64,000 nt of DNA from Candidatus Zambryskibacteria bacterium RIFCSPLOWO2_01_FULL_39_39 (GTDB taxonomy: Bacteria > Patescibacteriota > Minisyncoccia > Phycocordibacterales > WO2-35-19), in NCBI GenBank assembly GCA_001823925.1, contig MHWB01000004.1, forward strand, positions 22,390 through 86,389, given 5' to 3'. Shown here piece after piece: positions 57,076-64,000 of the stretch. Each line of letters opens with the position of its first letter. Position 1 is the stretch's first letter. A model generated the notes under the pieces. That model was not told the origin of the DNA, searched no databases, and saw only the letters and a list, made by a program, of their open reading frames with translations. A program made the translations under genes and the position numbers.

Positions 57076-58434
57076 CTATACCCCGCTTCTAGATAAAAGT
57101 GCCTTGATGGTTTTAAGAGCGATTTTCAAATCAAGCATAAAGGAGCGGTTTTTGATGTAATAGAGGTCGTAAGAGAGTTTGCGACGAGTCTTTTCACTAT
57201 CTGCATTTACTTTTGGCGGATCGGTATGGTAAAGCTGTGCCCAACCAGAAAGTCCGGGTTTGATAAGGTGGCGAACATTATAATATGGAATCTCCGATTC
57301 ATAGTGTTTGACTAAAGCGGGTATTTCCGGCCGAGGACCTATCATAGACATGTCACCTTTAAAAACCGACCAAAGTTGAGGCAACTCATCTATTCTTGAT
57401 TTTCTAAGCCATTTACCCACTCGGGTGATCTCTACCTCGCTACGCTCGGCGTCAATGCTTCGCTTCGACATCGTCCTAAACTTTTTTACTTTTATTATTT
57501 TATTATTTTTACCAACCCTCTCTTGTTCAAAAAAGATGCTTCCCCCATCATCAAATTTTATAAGAAGCGCCACCAAAGGATAAATAAGTAGCGCAAAAAC
57601 ACCAATTAAAAACGAAAGGATCACGTCCATTATCCGCCTCAAAATATCATAAGTGGCTCTTGATTCGGTAGAAATGTTTTCCAAAAACCAATTATACCTA
57701 ACCAAAGAAAGAGGTATTCTATCAAAAAGATCTTCGTAAATTTTATACATATCTATAAACTTCACTCGAGAAAAAATCAAATTATAGAGATGGGGCAAGA
57801 TCGGCTCTACCTTTTCATTTTTTAAGTCGATCGCAATGATTTGTACTTCTTCGGAATAGACCCGAGAAAGTATTTCATTTTGAAAATCCACACCGGCAAT
57901 ACGATTGAGGTCTACCGAAGATATAAATTCTAATCCATATCTAGGGTTATTATTAACTTCTTCCAAAAGATCTTTCATCTCTTCCCCACTACCAACAATA
58001 ATACCTTTCTGTTTGACTAGCGGATGAAGTATCCGATCGCCGTATATTCTCCAGAGGAGTATGGCGACAAAAGAAATAATTAAATATATAAAGAGATTTG
58101 TTTTGGGAGTAATACCAAAATACGGAATGAAATAGAAAAAGAGAACTGCAATAAAACTGTTGGCAATTTGAGCATTAAAAACCGTACTAGGTAGACGACT
58201 CTTCAAAATCAGAGTGTGTTTTTCATAAAGTCCCGAAATAAAAAATACTAAAATCCAAACGCCAATTATAATTGTAAACGGCCAAAAATGCAGATCCCAA
58301 TAACTCTGAGATGGAATCCCCCACTCCCTCAAAGCTAACGCAGACCAAAGAGAAAAATACAACAAAATAATGTCCCCCAAAAACAGCGCTATTGTTTCCT
58401 TTTTTCCAGATATGGTCATATTAAAAAATATCAT
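57076..58434 (-). CDS. Priming polyprenyl-phosphate sugar-1-phosphate transferase (WcaJ/WbaP family)
   Basis: N-terminal TMs; 'KFRTM', 'LRKSRIDELPQL..V.KGDMS.IGPRPE', 'KPGLSGWAQ', 'DLYYI'. Confidence 0.93.
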   Translation of the reverse strand: MIFFNMTISGKKETIALFLGDIILLYFSLWSALALREWGIPSQSYWDLHFWPFTIIIGVWILVFFISGLYEKHTLILKSRLPSTVFNAQIANSFIAVLFFYFIPYFGITPKTNLFIYLIISFVAILLWRIYGDRILHPLVKQKGIIVGSGEEMKDLLEEVNNNPRYGLEFISSVDLNRIAGVDFQNEILSRVYSEEVQIIAIDLKNEKVEPILPHLYNLIFSRVKFIDMYKIYEDLFDRIPLSLVRYNWFLENISTESRATYDILRRIMDVILSFLIGVFALLIYPLVALLIKFDDGGSIFFEQERVGKNNKIIKVKKFRTMSKRSIDAERSEVEITRVGKWLRKSRIDELPQLWSVFKGDMSMIGPRPEIPALVKHYESEIPYYNVRHLIKPGLSGWAQLYHTDPPKVNADSEKTRRKLSYDLYYIKNRSFMLDLKIALKTIKALLSRSGV

Positions 58435-58495
58435 ACCTTATTTTCACAAAAAACACAAAAATATAAAAAATATATTCGTATTATTAATACACCAA

Positions 58496-58533
58496 ATTCT
58501 CCTTATTTATACGATCGTAGTTTTAAGAAGAAT
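58496..58533. promoter_or_regulatory. 38-bp tripartite palindrome, copy 1
   Basis: ATTCTCCTTA-N4-TACGATCGTA-N4-TAAGAAGAAT. Confidence 0.8.
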
Positions 58534-58555
58534 AATAACAAAGCTATCTGGCTGA

Positions 58556-59134
58556 TTAGATAAGTTTAAAATGTTTTTTAAGCCAAGAATCATTTTCTAT
58601 TTTCTCGGCAATTATGTAGAGCACCTCTTCCCCTATTTCATAATGTGCTTTTAGTAAGGTTACGACTTCTTCACAATCATACGGAAATGCCCAAACACTA
58701 TTTTGTAGCCTAACGCATCCAATATTTTGAAGCATTACTCTGGTCGCATCTCTTTGGAATCTATCTTGCTCTTTTATATCAAAAACGATTAATCTCCATC
58801 TCTTATCCCATTTTTTTGGTTTTTTAATAACAAGATGTTTTGATTCAAGTTTCCAAAGAAATAGTTTTCCTTTATTGGTGATTTTTAAATGTTCACCGTC
58901 TCTATTTTTCTTAATCTCTATAAAACCCTTGTCTTCAAGTTTTTGAACAGTGCCCATCAAGTTGTATATCGGATTTTTCTTGGTACCAATCCAGCCACAA
59001 GTTTTAAGAATTCCCAAGGCATTAGGGGCACAGACGGCTAAAGTTATAAATCCACTTACCTTAAGGGTGGTTAAGATCGCCTGATGAAATAAATATCTTC
59101 TCCTCTGTATTTTTGCTTCTTTCTCCAAACTCAT
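58556..59134 (-). CDS. PaaX-like regulator: winged HTH plus a Cas2-like ferredoxin-fold domain
   Basis: 'L..KGFI......G..LKITNKG' wHTH wing; 'WDKRWRLIVFDI.E..R..RD..R..L...G...LQNSVW..PYDC'. Confidence 0.82.
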   Translation of the reverse strand: MSLEKEAKIQRRRYLFHQAILTTLKVSGFITLAVCAPNALGILKTCGWIGTKKNPIYNLMGTVQKLEDKGFIEIKKNRDGEHLKITNKGKLFLWKLESKHLVIKKPKKWDKRWRLIVFDIKEQDRFQRDATRVMLQNIGCVRLQNSVWAFPYDCEEVVTLLKAHYEIGEEVLYIIAEKIENDSWLKKHFKLI

Positions 59135-59152
59135 ACTTTTATCTTATTTTAT

Positions 59153-59192
59153 AATTCCTCTTATTATTACGATCGTAAGATTAAGAGGAATT
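59153..59192. promoter_or_regulatory. 40-bp tripartite palindrome, copy 2
   Basis: AATTCCTCTTA-N4-TACGATCGTA-N4-TAAGAGGAATT, ending just upstream of the ATG at 59134. Confidence 0.82.
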
Positions 59193-59284
59193 TAGTTTAT
59201 ATATTAACTGAATTTTTAGATATAAACAAGGGAGCCTGTGATTTGGCTCCCCAGAATTTCACCCCGCCCGAGAAACCGGTGCGA

Positions 59285-59743
59285 TTATTTTTGTTCCCGA
59301 CAGAACTTGCTATCGGGACTGTACTTCTCACCGATCTTGGTAGAGAAGATAAGTCGCTCGGGTGACTGATTCGTCATCATAAGATCCACCTTATCACCTT
59401 TTGGTAAAAGAAAGTATGCCGACGGATCGAGGGAAATATAGGAGATTTCATTGCCCATCATAACCAGCTTCGGCATAACAGCAAGATCTACTGGTGGTGC
59501 AACAAATTCGTAGAAGACCATCGCGCATGGATGAGCGGTCGCTCTCTTTGCTCGCTCAATGTTGTCTTTGAATTCGGATTCAAGACGAGTAAGCCTTATC
59601 AAATTTTTAGCTCTCTCATCTTTTTCCAAGTATTCAAATCCACGATCGATCAGCGCATTAATCCCAAACACCACGAAAATCAGAAGTGCGCTGGCCAAAA
59701 CTCCAAATATTAGTATTTTCCTCTTTTCGTCACTCATCTTCAT
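59285..59743 (-). CDS. Hypothetical membrane-anchored protein
   Basis: AGGAGG SD before ATG 59743, single N-terminal TM, terminator ~59230-59251. Confidence 0.7.
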   Translation of the reverse strand: MKMSDEKRKILIFGVLASALLIFVVFGINALIDRGFEYLEKDERAKNLIRLTRLESEFKDNIERAKRATAHPCAMVFYEFVAPPVDLAVMPKLVMMGNEISYISLDPSAYFLLPKGDKVDLMMTNQSPERLIFSTKIGEKYSPDSKFCREQK

Positions 59744-59810
59744 CTCCAGAACCTCCTTTAATCTTATATCATAGCTTGTATTTTTAGTCCAATTGGGGTA
59801 GTATTTTACT

Positions 59811-60962
59811 ATGCAAAATAAAAAGAAAATACTGTTTATCATCACTAAAGGCAATTTTGGCGGAGCCCAGAGGTATGTTTACGACTTAGCCACTTCCCTA
59901 CCAAAAAGTGAATTCGAGGCGGTAGTAGCCTGTGGCGAAGGAGATCTTTTGCCTAATAAGTTAGGAGAAGTGGGTATAAAAACAATCAAAATAAATAATC
60001 TGGTTCGAGAAATTAAAACTTTTAATGAGTTTAGTGTCTGTAAAGAATTGGTAGCTTTGATCCGAACAGAGAGACCGGATATAATTCATCTCAATTCTTC
60101 TAAAATGGGGGGGATTGGATCAGTAGCGGGAAGAATCGCCTCTATTTTAGAGAAAAACTACAAACCCAAAATTATCTTTACATCACACGGTTGGGGTTTT
60201 TATGAAAAACATCGACCTCTATTGTTTCGTTTATTTTTTTATTTAAGTCATTGGTTAACTATTCTTTTGTGTCACCAGACAATCGCGGTCTCAGAAAAAA
60301 CCAAAAAAGATATCGCATGGCTACCATTTATAAAAAATAAAATAAAAGTAATCCATAACGGGATCGAGGATTTTAAGTTGTTACCCAAAAAAGAAGCGGC
60401 TTTAATACTTGCAAAAACTGACAAAGAAAAAACTATTATTTTTTCTCTTTCCGAACTTCATCCAAACAAAGGGCTAGATGTGGCAATCAGAGGCATTGCC
60501 TTGTTGCCAGAAAACATTAGGGATAAAATAGCTTATTACATAGCCGGCGATGGAGAAGAAAAAGAAAGTTTGCAAAAATTGGCCAGAGATTTTGGAGTTT
60601 TAACCACAGTGCATTTTTTAGGATTTGTTGAAGATGCTAAAAAACTTTTGTCAGGGAGCAATATTTTCCTTTTTCCATCAAGAACCGAAAATTTACCTTA
60701 TGCTATTTTAGAAGCCGGTACGGCAGAGCTTCCGATTATTGCGACCTCAGTTGGAGGCATTCCGGAAATAATTAGAGACATGCAAAATGGTATTTTGGTG
60801 CATCCCCGAAATCCCAAAGAAATAGCTGAGGCTATTTTGTATTTGCTAGACCACCCGGAAAATCGGAAAGAATTTGGTGAAGAAATAAAAAAGACCGTAA
60901 TAAATTTTTTCAGTTTAGAAAAGATGTTGGAGGAAACTGAAAAAATTTATAAATTGCCCTAA
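59811..60962 (+). CDS. GT4 glycosyltransferase
   Basis: 'GGAQRYV', 'PSRTENLPYAILEA', 'T.VGGIPEI'. Confidence 0.92.
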   Translation: MQNKKKILFIITKGNFGGAQRYVYDLATSLPKSEFEAVVACGEGDLLPNKLGEVGIKTIKINNLVREIKTFNEFSVCKELVALIRTERPDIIHLNSSKMGGIGSVAGRIASILEKNYKPKIIFTSHGWGFYEKHRPLLFRLFFYLSHWLTILLCHQTIAVSEKTKKDIAWLPFIKNKIKVIHNGIEDFKLLPKKEAALILAKTDKEKTIIFSLSELHPNKGLDVAIRGIALLPENIRDKIAYYIAGDGEEKESLQKLARDFGVLTTVHFLGFVEDAKKLLSGSNIFLFPSRTENLPYAILEAGTAELPIIATSVGGIPEIIRDMQNGILVHPRNPKEIAEAILYLLDHPENRKEFGEEIKKTVINFFSLEKMLEETEKIYKLP

Positions 60963-60989
60963 TTATTCTAATTAACCTAATTGGCCTAA
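60952..60989 (+). repeat. 9-bp CTAATTnnn array overlapping the GT4 stop
   Basis: AATTGCC-CTAATTATT-CTAATTAAC-CTAATTGGC-CTAA. Confidence 0.75.
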
Positions 60990-61032
60990 AAATTAAACTT
61001 GATTTTCAATTCTATTTACAAAAAAGTGAAAT

Positions 61033-61188
61033 AAAAAAACGACCGGGGAACTGGGATGCCCGATCGTTCGCTTGGGGGAAAGCCTCATAACTTGCCCCGT
61101 CTTTCATGGGGCTAAATCTCTGCAGAGACAATCCGGCATTACTGCGTCTCTACAGCCCAGAGATACTGCGATATCAACGAGATACCTA
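61033..61188 (-). ncRNA. Candidate structured ncRNA (~155 nt)
   Basis: Promoter TTGATT(61223-61218)-17 nt-TACTCT(61200-61195) with an extended TG; GC-rich stems; terminator 61033-61068; no ORF in the track. Confidence 0.55.
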
Positions 61189-61252
61189 GTGGCTAGAGTA
61201 TCACTTTTCATTTGCATAATCAAGAATATTTATTGAGTGCTTTTAAATTGAA

Positions 61253-61303
61253 AACTGGGGTTTGTTTAGAATAATTAGGTTAATTAGGGCAATTAGAATA
61301 ATT
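61253..61303 (-). repeat. 9-bp CTAATTnnn array, inverted relative to 60952-60989
   Basis: 46/51 identity to 49995-50045 (reverse complement). Confidence 0.8.
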
Positions 61304-61305
61304 TT

Positions 61306-62481
61306 CTATTCGGCTATACCAATAATTTCATTTTTAGCTGCCTCTTTGTTCGTAGCTCGCGCATAAGATGATTGGCCCATGAGTATTCCCAATCCCAAAA
61401 ATTCTGCGAGCAAGTGACTGCCTCCATAACTCATAAAAGGCATCGTGATCCCGGTGACGGGCAGAAGCCCAACATTCATGCCGACATGAATTATAAAATG
61501 AGAAAGAAATATTGAAGAGAGACCCAAACCAAACAAAATTTCAAAATTAGTCGCTCCATTTTTTGCTATACTAATAATCCTCCAAAAGACTACTCCATAC
61601 AAACCAAAAATTAGGATCACCCCCACAAAACCCCATTCTTCACTAAAAGCGGCGAAAATAAAATCAGTCTCATACTCGGGCAAGAATTTTAATTTGGATT
61701 GACTACCGAGTCCTACCCCTTTGCCCCAAATTTCTCCAGAACCGACAGCGATGGTGGATTGATAAGCGTTATAACCACTACCCGAAAGGTCAGTAAGTGG
61801 ATTTATAAAGGAGATGATTCTAGCTTTCTGATAATCCTTAAAAACAAAAAACCATAACCCCCCAAAAGCCAGAAGTCCCGATAAAAACACGACGAGTAGA
61901 TGTTTTTTTGATATACCAGAAACCAGGACCATAGAGAGCCATATTAGGAAAATTATGATGGCCGAACCAAAATCTGGTTGCAAAAAAACAAGCATAAAAA
62001 TTATAAAAGTATAAAATCCAGAAGTTAGTATATGCCGCACATTGGCTATTTCAATATGTCTCCTGCTAAAATATTTGGCAAGAAGTAACACTAAAACTAT
62101 TTTGGCAAAATCAACTGGCTGGAAAGCAAAAGCTCCAAGATCAAACCAGCTTTGAGCACCTTTAAATACAGAGCCAGCAACAAACAAAAATAAAAGTATA
62201 AAACAACAAACAACAAACAAAAATACGATAGAGCTTGTCCGACGCAAAAATCTCCAGTCAACCAAACTGGCTATAAATAAAACAATGATTGAAATTACTA
62301 ACCATATTATCTGCCTCACAAACAAAACTCCCCCACCCGCACCCGCTTGTCCGTTAGGCAAAAAAGAATTCATAGTCAAAATGCCGGCCACCGATATAAA
62401 AAACACGGCCCCAAAAAGTAGCCAATCAAAAGAGTAGTTGATTTTTTTAAATAATTCTCTAATCATTTTAAACCATCTCAC
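61306..62481 (-). CDS. rodA: SEDS peptidoglycan polymerase RodA
   Basis: 'GAQSW', 'FQP..FAK', 'QPDFG', 'GYNA.QS.IAVGSG..WGKG...G.Q..L.FLPE..TDFIF', 'PF.SYGGS'. Confidence 0.92.
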   Translation of the reverse strand: MRWFKMIRELFKKINYSFDWLLFGAVFFISVAGILTMNSFLPNGQAGAGGGVLFVRQIIWLVISIIVLFIASLVDWRFLRRTSSIVFLFVVCCFILLFLFVAGSVFKGAQSWFDLGAFAFQPVDFAKIVLVLLLAKYFSRRHIEIANVRHILTSGFYTFIIFMLVFLQPDFGSAIIIFLIWLSMVLVSGISKKHLLVVFLSGLLAFGGLWFFVFKDYQKARIISFINPLTDLSGSGYNAYQSTIAVGSGEIWGKGVGLGSQSKLKFLPEYETDFIFAAFSEEWGFVGVILIFGLYGVVFWRIISIAKNGATNFEILFGLGLSSIFLSHFIIHVGMNVGLLPVTGITMPFMSYGGSHLLAEFLGLGILMGQSSYARATNKEAAKNEIIGIAE

Positions 62482-62487
62482 TATTTG

Positions 62488-63891
62488 CTATACTGAATCA
62501 CCAAATATCTTATAGGTTATTTCTATCCTGGCCGGCATTTCTTTGCAAATATCAGAAGAGATGTTTTTGTAAATAGTTTTCAGATCAAGAGCCATCGGAG
62601 CAAAGAAATAATTTTCCTTCTGGGAGGCAATAGTTTTCAAAAAAGATTCATTGATTTTGTCACCCAAACCGATAGTGTAGATAAAGAGACCATCTTTTTT
62701 GACATCTGATGATTCTTTTACAGCCAAACTTTCTGCATATTTTATGTCGAGCTCTTCCGTGCCCCCATCTGGGTTCTTCGGATAATTGGCTACCCCGTCA
62801 GTTAAAAGTATTATTATTTTTGAAGACTTGCCTTCAGATCTAGCTGAGACTAGTTCTTGCCAAGCGGAGTGTAGAGCTTCATAGATATTTGTATACTGTG
62901 TACTTCCTGATTCAATACTGACACCGTCAATTGCTTGTTTAGCTAAATCAAAATCAGAAGTAAGATTTAAGTTCAATGGCTCTTTGGATTTGGTAGCAAA
63001 AGAGATAACTCCAATTTTATCTTTGAGACTTAATTGCTCCACAAAAGATGTAGCGGCAGATTTGGCGGAAGTTAATGGCTCTGGTGGATCGGTGCCTAGG
63101 GAGGTCATTGATCCAGATCTATCCAAAAGAAGCATTATATCTGAAGGTTTTTCACACACCTTAGACCCGAGTTCAAAGGGTTTCGGCCAAGTGAAAAACA
63201 CATCGGTACTTTCATTTTTTTTAAGTGTTTCTACAAAGGTTCTAGAGGCGGCAATAGCGTTGTCAGACCCATCAAAAATCACTGCTATTAGTTCAATATT
63301 TTTTATCTCCTTAATACCATTATTTTTGACATTAGCCAAAACCCTAGGGGCACTTTCTAATCTTAAAATTTGGCCGTGAGTTACGTCTATATCTTCAGCC
63401 ATTTCTTCATTTTTGTTCCAAATGATGCCTTCGCCAAGTTCAAAAACAACTCTTTTGGGCTTAGCCTCTCCTTTAGATGCAATATTTCCTTCAAAAATAC
63501 CGACAGTTTTATTTTTTGGCAAAATAGTGGCCCCTTTCCTTTCTTCCAAAACTTTGCTTTTTTCATCATAGACAGTGAAGCTATAAGGGACGTAGACGGC
63601 GTCCGCATTGGTATTTGGATTTTCCACATAAACCAAAGTGCTCCAAAATCCGCTTGAAACTTCAAAAAGTCTAGGATCCCATTTTACAATCGGTTTCAAA
63701 ACATCGCTACGACAAATAAGAGAGCAGGATCCCCCGCAATCAACACCTGTTTCGTTTCCATTCTGATAACCATCGGAACAGGTGGGTGCCATATACCAAA
63801 ATTTCCAAAAGATGGCAAAAGATGTTGCCGATAGTAGCAAAATTGTTGCTCCCAAATAAATCGCTCTTCTACGAGATGCCCAATCATTCAT
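62488..63891 (-). CDS. Membrane-anchored Cys-motif / Ig-like / VWA domain protein
   Basis: N-terminal TM, 'CSDGYQNGNETGVDCGGSC', MIDAS 'DRSGSM' plus 'LLTDG'. Confidence 0.85.
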   Translation of the reverse strand: MNDWASRRRAIYLGATILLLSATSFAIFWKFWYMAPTCSDGYQNGNETGVDCGGSCSLICRSDVLKPIVKWDPRLFEVSSGFWSTLVYVENPNTNADAVYVPYSFTVYDEKSKVLEERKGATILPKNKTVGIFEGNIASKGEAKPKRVVFELGEGIIWNKNEEMAEDIDVTHGQILRLESAPRVLANVKNNGIKEIKNIELIAVIFDGSDNAIAASRTFVETLKKNESTDVFFTWPKPFELGSKVCEKPSDIMLLLDRSGSMTSLGTDPPEPLTSAKSAATSFVEQLSLKDKIGVISFATKSKEPLNLNLTSDFDLAKQAIDGVSIESGSTQYTNIYEALHSAWQELVSARSEGKSSKIIILLTDGVANYPKNPDGGTEELDIKYAESLAVKESSDVKKDGLFIYTIGLGDKINESFLKTIASQKENYFFAPMALDLKTIYKNISSDICKEMPARIEITYKIFGDSV

Positions 63892-63968
63892 GGGTTAAGT
63901 ATATCCCAATTTTGCCTACGCTAAAAGCGTAATTACAAAATTGAGAATATTGATGATTAAATTTTTTG

Positions 63969-64000
63969 TGCTGGCGGCTACCTACTCTCCCCTTGCGAGT
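63969..64000 (-). rRNA. rrf: 5S rRNA, 3' end (truncated by the window edge)
   Basis: Plus-strand CTGGCGGCTACCTACTCTCCC is the reverse complement of the conserved 5S 3' end GGGAGAGTAGGT.GCCGCCAG. Confidence 0.85.

Noticed and set aside
58556-59134. CRISPR-Cas locus suggested by the Cas2-like domain
   Set aside because: No cas1 or effector genes and no repeat-spacer array; the domain is fused to a wHTH as in PaaX-like proteins
1-64000. Alternative genetic code (TGA read-through) or pseudogenes
   Set aside because: Conserved genes are full length under code 11 and several end properly at TGA; no frameshifted gene was evident

Overview
Chromosomal segment of a low-GC bacterium. The gene set and the near-leaderless promoter style suggest Patescibacteria/Parcubacteria (inference). 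From left to right: an alpha-glucan pair (partial GH57 plus GT4); two toxin-antitoxin modules downstream of secA; an 820-bp structured intergenic region holding an unannotated 14-aa Lys-rich ORF and two promoter/terminator-bounded small RNAs complementary to each other; and a ~39-kb surface-glycan locus. That locus includes an O-ligase/TPR protein, Wzm/Wzt, RfbF/G/C/D, two radical SAM enzymes, a split transketolase, a HAD-UbiA fusion and GT-C/GT2/GT4 enzymes, and is interrupted by GC-richer self-contained genes. It is followed by a solo VirD4/TraD-like ATPase, secDF, a DUF559 nuclease surrounded by a hairpin repeat family, a priming sugar transferase, a PaaX/Cas2-fold regulator bracketed by two 38-40 bp palindromes, a candidate ~155-nt ncRNA between inverted 9-mer arrays, rodA, a VWA surface protein and the 3' end of a 5S rRNA. 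Best leads: the palindrome-flanked PaaX/Cas2-fold gene, the complementary sRNA pair plus basic micropeptide, and the DUF559/hairpin family. All calls come from reading motifs by eye; no searches were run.
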